Source: Candidatus Nanobsidianus stetteri (GTDB lineage Archaea; Nanobdellota; Nanobdellia; Nanobdellales; Nanobdellaceae). Taken from it: a stretch of 32,000 nucleotides of DNA. The stretch's first letter is position 1, and each line of letters begins with the position of its first letter. The stretch lies in assembly GCA_000387965.1 (NCBI GenBank), contig APJZ01000002.1, forward strand, positions 150,001 to 182,000, in the 5' to 3' direction. Made by a program: the position numbers and the translations under genes. The notes under the pieces were generated by a model. That model made no database searches. It was given only the letters and a program-made list of their open reading frames with translations, and was not told the DNA's origin. This document shows, piece after piece, positions 1-8,411 of the stretch.

Positions 1-429
1 AATAATTTGGAAATATCAGAAGTTTTATCAAATATAAATAATGTTTTAAAAAGTGGTGGGGATTTAAGTAATTTATTAGATACATTATCAGAAAGTATAA
101 GAAATTTAGAAATGATTAAAAAGGATAGATTATCACAATTAAAGGTTACTACTTATACATATTATGGATTATTCTTTGGAGTCTTATTATCAATTATTGC
201 AGTATATTATTTAATAATTAATATAAAATCGTTTGGTCTTACATTTAATAAAGAAACATATTATGAATTAATAAATATTTATAGATTTTTATCATTTTTA
301 TTATTATTAATTAACGCGATTTTTACAGGTCTAGTTATTGGAAAACTTTCAAAGGGAACTATAAAGTCTGGTATAATTCATAGCATAATTTTAACAGCTA
401 TATCTATAGGATTTTTCTTTTTATTATAA
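1..429 (+). CDS. Type IV pilus/archaellum assembly membrane protein (FlaJ/TadC, GspF-like), C-terminal fragment; 5' end lies outside the window
   Basis: Frame 1 is open from nt 1, and the TTG at 7 is only the first possible start in the track. A helical soluble segment 'VLKSGGDLSNLLDTLSESIRN' is followed by three hydrophobic spans, like the repeated GspF/FlaJ unit. Motif memory only. Confidence 0.4.
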   Translation, partial: NNLEISEVLSNINNVLKSGGDLSNLLDTLSESIRNLEMIKKDRLSQLKVTTYTYYGLFFGVLLSIIAVYYLIINIKSFGLTFNKETYYELINIYRFLSFLLLLINAIFTGLVIGKLSKGTIKSGIIHSIILTAISIGFFFLL

Positions 430-459
430 TTTTAAAATTTTTTCATTTAAGGAATTATA

Positions 460-585
460 ATGGTATTCAAAAACTATAATGTTAAAATAAGAAAAATTAA
501 GGAATCAAAAAAATTTATGAGACCACCTTTCTGGGCGGCAATTAAAAAATTTGGTAGAATAGTTTCACTTTATAGGTTAAAATAA
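460..585 (+). CDS. Unlisted small basic ORF (41 aa, MVFKNYNVKIRKIKESKKFMRPPFWAAIKKFGRIVSLYRLK), possibly ribosomal protein L39e-like
   Basis: ATG at 460 and TAA at 583-585 exactly fill the gap between two genes. 'PPFWAAIKKFGRI' resembles the archaeal L39e core 'IPIWIVLKTRGRV'. The locally GC-rich codons (RPPFWAA) are unusual in this AT-rich background. The L39e C-terminal R.WRR motif is absent. Confidence 0.3.
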   Translation: MVFKNYNVKIRKIKESKKFMRPPFWAAIKKFGRIVSLYRLK

Positions 586-1614
586 TTATACATTAGGTTC
601 AACATTTTTTATTATAGGGTCTATATCCATTCCTTCTCTTCTATTTTTTATTAATACAATTCTTGAATCAACATCTTCTTTAAATATTTCATAACCAGGC
701 AATTTTTCTACTAATCCTTTTGCAAAATTTCTTATATCTTCCATACTTGGAACATTTTCAAATTTTAACTTTAATCTTGAATATCCTAAGAATGAATAAG
801 ATTTTACCTCTACAAAATGAGGATTATATATTTCAATTAATTTAGCCCATTCATCAAAATATTTAGGATCATCATTTACTCCTTTAATTAATGTTATTCT
901 TGCAACTCTCCTTGTTTTCATTTTTGATGCAATTTCTAATGATTTTATAAACCTCTCCCAATAATCTTTGTGTATAGGAACAGATATTTTTTTATACATT
1001 TCCTTATTTGGAGCTGTAAATGATATATATAATTGTGTTGGTAATGCATTCTTTTCAATTAATCTTTCTAATGCTTCTGGAACCTGTCCAGTTGTTACTA
1101 TAAATATTGATTTTATCCATGGCCAATTTTTCTTAATATATAATATACTCTCTGCAACATATGGATATAATAATGGTTCTCCAGATAATGAAAATGTAAC
1201 ATGTGTCGGTTTATCAATAAATTTATCTAATAGTTCTTTATTTGCCTTTGGATTTCCATAATATCCGATTAATAATTTCTTTCTTAATTCTCTTAATTTC
1301 TCCATTGTTTCTTCAGGTTTATCTACTAGATCTTCTGGTAATATATTATAGTAAGGTTCAAATTTTGTATTTGGTCTCCAGCAAAATATACATCTATTTG
1401 TACACCAGACAACAGATTGTGTCATTTCCATACATCCTGCAGTATCTATTCCATAGAATTTATTTTTATAACATGTTCTTCCATTTATAATTGATTCTTT
1501 TGTCCAATGACAAATTTCAACAGCAGAATGATTGTAAATTCCATATCCAGCTTTCTCTAATTGTTTTGAAGTTTTTAAATCATGTATCTTCCATTTTTCA
1601 ATATTTTCATTCAT
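586..1614 (-). CDS. taw1: tRNA 4-demethylwyosine synthase Taw1/TYW1 (radical SAM)
   Basis: Radical-SAM cluster motif 'CTNRCIFCWR'. An upstream second-cluster region 'HSAVEICHWTKESI..GRTCYKNKFYGI' is characteristic of TYW1/Taw1. The 342 aa length fits. Confidence 0.9.
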   Translation of the reverse strand: MNENIEKWKIHDLKTSKQLEKAGYGIYNHSAVEICHWTKESIINGRTCYKNKFYGIDTAGCMEMTQSVVWCTNRCIFCWRPNTKFEPYYNILPEDLVDKPEETMEKLRELRKKLLIGYYGNPKANKELLDKFIDKPTHVTFSLSGEPLLYPYVAESILYIKKNWPWIKSIFIVTTGQVPEALERLIEKNALPTQLYISFTAPNKEMYKKISVPIHKDYWERFIKSLEIASKMKTRRVARITLIKGVNDDPKYFDEWAKLIEIYNPHFVEVKSYSFLGYSRLKLKFENVPSMEDIRNFAKGLVEKLPGYEIFKEDVDSRIVLIKNRREGMDIDPIIKNVEPNV

Positions 1615-1675
1615 TGAATAGTATATTATATAACATGGTTATAAATCTATCAGTGAACTTGGCATTCATCATTTA

Positions 1676-2083
1676 TCAGCTGAGAAGGCTTTCTTCACCC
1701 AGATAATTATATATCTTAAAAGATTTTATTTCATAATTTTTAAAATATTTCTTAAGTAACTCTCCAAATTTTTCTTTATTTAAGTTTTCTCCACTACACC
1801 ATGCAGCATCTATATCTATATAAATCCCATCATCTTCAGTATAACTACTTATTACTATATGGGATGTTGATAAAATTCCAGTAAATGTTATATCCTTATT
1901 TCCCTCAAAATCTGCAGGAAATAGATAAATTTTATGATATAATAATTTACTATTTAAAATTTTTGCAAGATCGTTAGAAAATTCTCCAATAACATCTATA
2001 AAATTTTCATTTTTATTTATCTTTACTATTGCTATTAATCTCTTTACATCTTTTACAGATATTTTTTTATATTCCATATTCAT
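1676..2083 (-). CDS. Divergent S-adenosylmethionine decarboxylase-like (SpeH/class 1 AdoMetDC fold) protein
   Basis: 'YHKIYLFP..G..ITFTGILSTSHIVISSYTEDDGIYIDIDAAWCSG' parallels 'H.F.P.G.T....LAESHISIHTWPE.G...D.FTCG' of archaeal SpeH. The size (135 aa) fits. The processing dipeptide is T-S instead of E-S. Confidence 0.45.
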   Translation of the reverse strand: MNMEYKKISVKDVKRLIAIVKINKNENFIDVIGEFSNDLAKILNSKLLYHKIYLFPADFEGNKDITFTGILSTSHIVISSYTEDDGIYIDIDAAWCSGENLNKEKFGELLKKYFKNYEIKSFKIYNYLGEESLLS

Positions 2084-2132
2084 TTATGAATAAATCTATA
2101 TATTTTTATCTTTAAAAATTTATATTTAGGAA

Positions 2133-2205
2133 AGCCCCGTCGTCTAGTGGCCTAGGATTCAGGGCTCTGGTCCCTGAGACCGGGGTTCGAATCCCCGCGG
2201 GGCTA
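2133..2205 (+). tRNA. tRNA-Gln (anticodon CUG)
   Basis: Hand-folded cloverleaf. Acceptor AGCCCCG/CGGGGCT (A1-U72), anticodon stem CAGGG/CCCTG with loop CUCUGGU, T arm CGGGG-TTCGAAT-CCCCG, discriminator A. No encoded CCA. Confidence 0.9.
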
Positions 2206-2239
2206 TTTTTATAAAGATAATTATTTAACGATATTTTTA

Positions 2240-3088
2240 ATGACCAAAGATCTTGAAGCAATATTAAGTGATGCTAAATATATAATAAATAATGCTAATA
2301 ATTTACCAAATCCAGAAGATTATCTTCCAATAATTTCAAAATTTCCAGATATACTTTCTCAATCTGATGCAAGTTTTTATGAAGAGATAAAGAGGGAAAG
2401 ATTACCTTTTGGAGAAATAAAAGGATATATAGATTTAGATAGTATAATTATTGAAGGTTGTTCTACATTTGGGAATATAGAAATAACAAGAATATTAGAT
2501 CATCTTGAAAAACATGTAAGTAATGTAATTGATATAGCATGTAAAGATATAAAAGGAACTATAGAACAAAAAGATAAAATAATAAAATATTTTGAAATGA
2601 AAGGATACGAATATAAATTTCTACCAAATAATATTTATGGATATAAATTAAATTTAAATGGAGAAGAATTAAAAGTTCCAAACTTATATGGAATATACTT
2701 TTATATAGAAGTAAAGCTACCAAATAATAGAAAATTATATATAGTTATTGATACTGAGGGAAATATTCTTATTAGAAAATCTGGTTTGGAGCATACATTA
2801 TATTTTGAAAATTTTGAATTATTTTCTATAATTTATAAATTTTTTAGGTATAAAGAGAAGGATATAAAAGATTTAGAAGAATATGAAAAGTATAGAGATA
2901 AAATAAAAGAAATAATAAATAAAGGATTTAGTGAAAGAGATATTAATAATTCAAGATCTTTATTTGGTGAGAAATATACAAAGATAATAAGAAATTGGTA
3001 TAAATATCTTGAAAAACATCCAGGTTCTATTTATGAAAGTTTAAATAATGTATTTGATAAACTTTTTGGGAGAATTAATAATTATTGA
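2240..3088 (+). CDS. Hypothetical protein (282 aa), no recognisable motif
   Basis: Long ORF starting 34 nt after tRNA-Gln. Its composition resembles neighbouring genes. The 3' end overlaps the convergent trm10-like gene by 48 nt. Confidence 0.5.
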   Translation: MTKDLEAILSDAKYIINNANNLPNPEDYLPIISKFPDILSQSDASFYEEIKRERLPFGEIKGYIDLDSIIIEGCSTFGNIEITRILDHLEKHVSNVIDIACKDIKGTIEQKDKIIKYFEMKGYEYKFLPNNIYGYKLNLNGEELKVPNLYGIYFYIEVKLPNNRKLYIVIDTEGNILIRKSGLEHTLYFENFELFSIIYKFFRYKEKDIKDLEEYEKYRDKIKEIINKGFSERDINNSRSLFGEKYTKIIRNWYKYLEKHPGSIYESLNNVFDKLFGRINNY

Positions 3089-3799
3089 TTTTTCTAATGG
3101 CATATTTAAATAAATAGAATCTAACAAAATCTTTATTAATATGTTTATTCTATCTGGAACATTCTTTATGGATCCATATAATTCTATTCTTTTATGTGGT
3201 AAATCAACATTTCTAAACAAATATCGTGTTGCATATTGCCAATTTAGATCAATATCAACAATTCCCCCCAAAATAAATAAGTCATACCTCTCTAGATCTT
3301 TATCATTTAATATTTCATCTCCATAAGGATCTAGGATTATCGCTTTATATTTATAAAAATCGAAATCTTCTTGTTTTTTATATATATTTACAAGATTTTT
3401 ACCCAAAAAAGAATAATCAATATTACCAATTAGTATTAAATTACTATCAAATAAATATTCTCTTATAACTTTTAATGATTGGGAAATTTGTATTTTTAAA
3501 CTAATTTTTCCCTTATTTGGTAATAAATTATATAATGAATTATCTATTAGAAATTTCTTTTCATTTTCAATATCTTTTAATATTTTTTCTTTTGGTATAT
3601 CTATTTCTTCTTTTGCATCTTTATTATATTTTACCTCAATAAAATTTTTATATATTATTTCTCCATTATCTTTATACAATTTTTTTCTATTTAATAAATA
3701 TTTTACAATACAATCTTGTCCAATATATTTTTTGCTCTTATCATAATTTCTTACAGTTATATAATTAATATATTTCGAAGTAATTTTTTCTAATATCAT
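3041..3799 (-). CDS. trm10: SPOUT-class tRNA (purine-9 N1) methyltransferase, Trm10-like
   Basis: 'ILDPYGDEILNDKDLERYDLFILGGIVD...VDLPHKRIEL...KNVPDRINILIKILLD' aligns by eye with the Trm10 core 'YLTSDS.N.L.ELDE..AYIIGGLVDH...INHAQLPL...KVLAVNHVFEIILEYL'. Confidence 0.6.
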   Translation of the reverse strand: MILEKITSKYINYITVRNYDKSKKYIGQDCIVKYLLNRKKLYKDNGEIIYKNFIEVKYNKDAKEEIDIPKEKILKDIENEKKFLIDNSLYNLLPNKGKISLKIQISQSLKVIREYLFDSNLILIGNIDYSFLGKNLVNIYKKQEDFDFYKYKAIILDPYGDEILNDKDLERYDLFILGGIVDIDLNWQYATRYLFRNVDLPHKRIELYGSIKNVPDRINILIKILLDSIYLNMPLEKSIIINSPKKFIKYII

Positions 3800-3827
3800 A
3801 AAAAATATTTTTTATAAAAATATTTTA

Positions 3828-3899
3828 AGGCCCGTAGTCTAGGGGTATGATGCCGGACTCACTATCCGGAGGTCCCGGGTTCAAATCCCGGCGGGCCTA
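3828..3899 (+). tRNA. tRNA, anticodon CAC (Val by anticodon); A1-U72 and U at position 37
   Basis: Acceptor AGGCCCG/CGGGCCT, anticodon stem CCGGA/TCCGG with loop CUCACUA, variable AGGTC, T arm CCGGG-TTCAAAT-CCCGG, discriminator A. The D stem has only 3 pairs plus a U-U. Confidence 0.8.
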
Positions 3900-3989
3900 A
3901 TGAATAATTAATTATATCATTATTTGAATGGTAGAAAATTAATTAAAGTTTGATCAGTTTTATAAAATTGACCGTAGTAGGATTGGTTA

Positions 3990-5237
3990 ATGGATAATAA
4001 AAGAGATATTATTCTTATAATATTATCTGGAATTTTTAGAAGTATTGCAACTGGATCCCTTGGAATTATTACTGGATTATATCTATATAACGTGCTTCAT
4101 TTGTCTTTCACTTTGATAGGTGTATTCTTTGGTGTTGGAGCATTTTCAGTACCATTAATGAGTATTTACTTTGGTAGATTAGGTGATCGTTATGGTAGAA
4201 AGAAAATATTATTAATTGTTTTACTCTTTTTACCATTATCGATATTAATTCTTCTATCAACTTCAAGTTATCCTTTCCTTTTATTATCTGCCGCTTTAGG
4301 TGGTTTTGGTACAGCTGGTGCGTTAGCTAGTGGTAGTGCAGGTGCAATAGCAGCTCCAATTATGAATGCATTACTAGCGGATAAGACAAATGAAGAGAAT
4401 AGGACAAAGGTATATTCTTTATTTTTTCTTTCTTTAAGTTTAGCTGGAGCAGTCGGGGCTTTGTTATCTCACTTAAATTATAGAAATGTATTCATAATAG
4501 CTTTAATATTATCGATAGCTTCACCAATTATAATATTACCTGTTAAGGATGAATATAGTAATAATCTTAGGATAGCTAGGAATTCATCTATGTATAATTC
4601 GAATAATCTTAATAATCCTAACGAATCAGATAAAAAAGTTATTAAAAGGTTTATAGCTACTGGAGCATTGAATGGTCTTGGACAAGGATTGGTAACGCCA
4701 TTTTTACCTTTAATCTTTGAAGTATTGCTTAAAGTACCTAAGGGGGAGATAGGTAATATATTTTTCCTCGGCGGTATAGCAGCTGCATTTGTATCACTTC
4801 TAACTCCTTTAATTACTAGTAGATTGGGATTTGTTAAGACTGTTATTTTGACTAGATCTATATCTACTATAGCTCTAATATTATTACCATTTGTAAATAT
4901 GTTTTCTCCAATTTTAAGTTATGATCTTATGTTTGCATTAGCACTATACATAATCTATATTATGTTTAGAGTTATTTCATTACCGACGCAATCATCTTTA
5001 ATGATGAATTTGGTTAGTCAAGATTTAAGATCCACTGCAACAGGTATGAATCAAGCTGCCAGATTATTTCCCTCCGCTATTGCAACAATATCTAGTGGAT
5101 TTATAATAAATTACTTAGCTTTACCAATACCTTTCTTTTTAGCATTTATAGTTAATATTGCAAATATATATCTTTATAAAAAGTTCTTTAAAGATATTGA
5201 AACAAGCAAAGGTATGAAAAGTGTTTTAACTGAATGA
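3990..5237 (+). CDS. Major facilitator superfamily (MFS) transporter
   Basis: About 12 hydrophobic spans. MFS motif A 'GRLGDRYGRKKILL' lies after TM2, and a central hydrophilic loop is present. The codons are noticeably GC-richer than in neighbouring genes. Confidence 0.85.
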   Translation: MDNKRDIILIILSGIFRSIATGSLGIITGLYLYNVLHLSFTLIGVFFGVGAFSVPLMSIYFGRLGDRYGRKKILLIVLLFLPLSILILLSTSSYPFLLLSAALGGFGTAGALASGSAGAIAAPIMNALLADKTNEENRTKVYSLFFLSLSLAGAVGALLSHLNYRNVFIIALILSIASPIIILPVKDEYSNNLRIARNSSMYNSNNLNNPNESDKKVIKRFIATGALNGLGQGLVTPFLPLIFEVLLKVPKGEIGNIFFLGGIAAAFVSLLTPLITSRLGFVKTVILTRSISTIALILLPFVNMFSPILSYDLMFALALYIIYIMFRVISLPTQSSLMMNLVSQDLRSTATGMNQAARLFPSAIATISSGFIINYLALPIPFFLAFIVNIANIYLYKKFFKDIETSKGMKSVLTE

Positions 5238-5490
5238 AATTTTTAATATATAAATTATTATTCAGGATATTTGAATTTAAAATAATAAATTATATTTTTA
5301 AAAGTTCTGAAATATAAATTATATAAATTTTTGAGGCTACTTTATTCTTAAGAATTAATTTATTAATCATATTTATATTATTTTTCATTTTCTTATTAAT
5401 AATATTTCGTAATTTTTTCTTAATATTTCATTATTTTTATATTTAATGTTTATTTAGTTATTTTTAAATTTTATTATATAACATCATTAT

Positions 5491-5817
5491 ATGACACTGA
5501 GATGTGAGCTATTTGTAAAAGAACTGCTTCCTTCAATTAGAAAGGAATTGTCAAAAATATTGTATGATAATTATAAAATGTCTCAGGAAGAAATTGCAGA
5601 TAAATTATCAATAACTCAATCTGCAGTTTCTCAATATTTAAAGGGTATAAGAGGTAAATCTTATTTTGAATTTGATAAAGAAGATAAAATTATATTAATT
5701 AAGATGGCAGAATTATTAAAAAATGATAAAAATATTAAATTAATAGATCTACAATCTATGCTATGCCAATTATGTGAAAAAAGATATAAATATGTAAAAT
5801 GCTATATTAAAGTATGA
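5491..5817 (+). CDS. Small HTH (XRE-like) transcriptional regulator with a C-terminal Cys pair
   Basis: 'MSQEEIADKLSITQSAVSQYLKGIRG' is a typical helix-turn-helix. 'CQLCEKR' lies near the C-terminus. The stop overlaps the next start (ATGA at 5814-5817). Confidence 0.6.
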   Translation: MTLRCELFVKELLPSIRKELSKILYDNYKMSQEEIADKLSITQSAVSQYLKGIRGKSYFEFDKEDKIILIKMAELLKNDKNIKLIDLQSMLCQLCEKRYKYVKCYIKV

Positions 5818-6689
5818 GTATATTTGATATAAAATCTGTTGCAATTGTAGGAGCAAGTAATAAAGAAGGAAAGGTTGGAAATATAATATTAAAAAATTTT
5901 ATTAAAAGATTTCCTGGAAAAATATATCCTATAAATCCAAATTATGATAATTTATATAATTTAAAGTGTTATAAGAATATTTTAGAAATAAATGAAAATA
6001 TAGATGCTGTTGTAATAGCAATACCTGCAGAAGGTGTTCCTGAAGTTGTAAAACAAGCTGGAGAAAAGGGAGTAAAATTGGCAATAATAGTTTCTGCCGG
6101 ATTTTCTGAAGTTGGAAGAAAAGATCTTGAAGAAAAAATATTAGAATATTCAAAAAAATATGGGATAAGAATATTGGGACCGAATGGTATGGGTGTATAT
6201 GATCCATATAATGGTATAGATACATTTTTTGTAGATGATAAAAGGTTAATAAGACCAAAGAAAGGAAAAATTGTTTTATTATCGCAATCTGGCGCAATTG
6301 CTTTGGCAGTTATGGAATGGTTATCAAGCAAAAATATTGGTGTATCAAAGATAATTTCTTATGGGAATAAAATTGATTTAGATGAAGTTGAAATATTAAA
6401 AGAATTAAAGGATGATCAAAATTCTAAGGCGATATTTATATATATGGAAGGATTAAGAGAAGGAAGAGGTAAAGAATTTTTAGAAGTTGCAAGTCAGTTA
6501 AATAGACCAGTAATAGTATTAAAATCTGGAAAAACAAAGAGAGGTTCTGTTGCAGTTTCTTCTCATACAGCGTCTATGGCTGGGGATTATGAAGTATATA
6601 GAAACCTATTCAAACAATATAATATAATTGAAGCAAAAAGCATGGGAGATTTTATGATCTATTTAAAAACTCTGACATTTTATTTATAA
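5814..6689 (+). CDS. ADP-forming acetyl/acyl-CoA synthetase alpha subunit, N-terminal piece (CoA-binding plus CoA-ligase domains)
   Basis: 'SVAIVGASNKEGKVG', 'GIRILGPNGMGV', 'SQSGA' and the phosphohistidine loop 'VSSHTASMAGD' match COG1042/ACD alpha. The ORF stops (TAA TAA) just before the conserved 'TNGGG' segment. Confidence 0.8.
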   Translation: MSIFDIKSVAIVGASNKEGKVGNIILKNFIKRFPGKIYPINPNYDNLYNLKCYKNILEINENIDAVVIAIPAEGVPEVVKQAGEKGVKLAIIVSAGFSEVGRKDLEEKILEYSKKYGIRILGPNGMGVYDPYNGIDTFFVDDKRLIRPKKGKIVLLSQSGAIALAVMEWLSSKNIGVSKIISYGNKIDLDEVEILKELKDDQNSKAIFIYMEGLREGRGKEFLEVASQLNRPVIVLKSGKTKRGSVAVSSHTASMAGDYEVYRNLFKQYNIIEAKSMGDFMIYLKTLTFYL

Positions 6690-6691
6690 TA

Positions 6692-7156
6692 ATGGTAATT
6701 TATATATATACAAATGGTGGAGGTGAAGGCGTTTTAACAACAGATGCTTTAGAAGAAAATAATATCAAAATAGAAGAAACACCAGAAGATGTTAAAGAAA
6801 AATTAAAAAATATTTTGCCTTCCTTTGCTTCATTTCATAATCCAATAGATACTACAGCCCAGGCAAGTGAAGATCAATATATAGAGGGATTAAAGATTTT
6901 ATTAAATGATTCAAGAACCGAAGGTATAATTGCAATATTATTACCACAATTACCCTCTTTTACAGAGAAATTTCCTGAAAAATTATCAAAAATTATTAAT
7001 AAAAAAGTTCCTTTGGTATTTTTAATATATGGAGGAGGATTTACTGAACAAATAAAAATATATGTTGAGGAATATTTACCAGTATTTGAATCTCCAGAAG
7101 AAGCTGCTAAAGCATTATCTTTTTTATTAAGATTAAAGAGAAATAATTGGATATAA
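6692..7156 (+). CDS. ADP-forming acyl-CoA synthetase alpha subunit, C-terminal piece (flavodoxin-like SCS-type domain)
   Basis: It starts 'MVIYIYTNGGGEGVLTTDAL...LP.....NPIDTTA', matching the 'rvaIiTNaGGpGVla.D ... NP.D' part of ACD alpha. It is in a different frame from the N-terminal piece, and its ATG overlaps the second stop (TAATG). Confidence 0.7.
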   Translation: MVIYIYTNGGGEGVLTTDALEENNIKIEETPEDVKEKLKNILPSFASFHNPIDTTAQASEDQYIEGLKILLNDSRTEGIIAILLPQLPSFTEKFPEKLSKIINKKVPLVFLIYGGGFTEQIKIYVEEYLPVFESPEEAAKALSFLLRLKRNNWI

Positions 7157-7188
7157 ATTTTTATAAATATTTTCTTTAAGGATAATAT

Positions 7189-8394
7189 ATGAATAAGAAA
7201 ATATTATTGATTTTATTATCTTTTTTTATATTTTTATTAAGCAGAAATATTTTTTCTTATCAAATTTATTATTATAATCAAAGTTATATTCCGAATATTT
7301 CAATTACTCCATATTTATATAATAGTGAATTTTTAGCTGGACAAAATATTACAGGATATGTTTTGGTACAAAATAACGACCCATATTATTATCCTCAAAT
7401 ATTTTTGGGAATAATGTTAGTTAATGAAAATTCATCGTTTGGTACTCAAGTATTATTTGCAGAATTAAAGATGATATCAAATTTATTTCCATATGAAAAT
7501 TATACAGTAAATTTTTCATACCAAATTCCAGAAAACATATCTTCAGGAAATTATGAATTATTATTTTATTTATATACTGCTACAAAACATATAATAGGTA
7601 ATCCAAACAACTTTTCTACACCAATATATGAAAATATTTATTTAAGTAATCCAAATATTGGTAATTATCCATGGATTGCTATTGTAAGAAATCAAACAGA
7701 ATTAACAAATAATAATGGAATATTAAATTTAAACTTGAGTTTATATTCATTATATAATACTAATGCAACAATAAATATTAAACTTGCCGAGTGGGATGCT
7801 TTATTATATGGAGCAGCATACAATAATTCTCTTAATGTAGAATTAAATAAAGGATATAATTATATTTATGATAATATTAATGTATCAAATCTATATCCTG
7901 GAATATATTATATTTTAATTGAAGTATATTCTGATAATCTATTACAAGATCTATATATTATACCCTATTATGTTTATGGGAGAGCATTATTTTTTGATGG
8001 AATATACTTAAATAGTAATGGAACTCTATTGGTAATTTTATCTACATATCCAAATGATAATAAGAATCATAATTTATATAATGTTGGACTGACTATATAT
8101 TCTGATAATCAAAATTTTCAAGATTCAATTAATATAGGTAATTTACTGTACAATTCTACTGAATATATTTATATTTATGATGATGTTCCAATGATAAATG
8201 GAGAAGACCTATGTTTTAACCTAACATATCAAAAAGAAATAAATGGACTAACTTATCTTTCAAGTATATGTTATACATATTATTTAACAAATCAAACAAC
8301 AAGTTCCTATTCCAATTATAATACAGAAATAAAAGTTTTGATAGTTTTAGTAATAGTTGTCGGTTTAGTTATTTATTTGCTTATCAAAAAATAA
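7189..8394 (+). CDS. Asn/Tyr-rich surface protein with signal-like N-terminus and C-terminal membrane anchor
   Basis: N-terminal 'KKILLILLSFFIFLL' and C-terminal 'VLIVLVIVVGLVIYLLIKK'. The protein has repeated beta-sandwich-looking modules (e.g. 'NITGYVLVQNN...NYTVNFSYQIPENISSGNYELLFYLY') and many N-x-S/T sites. Confidence 0.6.
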   Translation: MNKKILLILLSFFIFLLSRNIFSYQIYYYNQSYIPNISITPYLYNSEFLAGQNITGYVLVQNNDPYYYPQIFLGIMLVNENSSFGTQVLFAELKMISNLFPYENYTVNFSYQIPENISSGNYELLFYLYTATKHIIGNPNNFSTPIYENIYLSNPNIGNYPWIAIVRNQTELTNNNGILNLNLSLYSLYNTNATINIKLAEWDALLYGAAYNNSLNVELNKGYNYIYDNINVSNLYPGIYYILIEVYSDNLLQDLYIIPYYVYGRALFFDGIYLNSNGTLLVILSTYPNDNKNHNLYNVGLTIYSDNQNFQDSINIGNLLYNSTEYIYIYDDVPMINGEDLCFNLTYQKEINGLTYLSSICYTYYLTNQTTSSYSNYNTEIKVLIVLVIVVGLVIYLLIKK

Positions 8395-8411
8395 TAAAAA
8401 TTTTATAAATT

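Noticed and set aside
968-1706. Three + strand ORFs (968-1261, 1242-1490, 1491-1706) in the track
   Set aside because: They lie antisense to the well-supported taw1 gene. Their low-complexity Leu/Ile/Phe-rich translations are typical of shadow ORFs in AT-rich DNA, where stop codons are depleted opposite real codons.
5929-6331. Two overlapping - strand ORFs (5929-6297, 5969-6331)
   Set aside because: They are antisense to the ACD-alpha gene, which has clear catalytic motifs. No motifs are present and they overlap each other.
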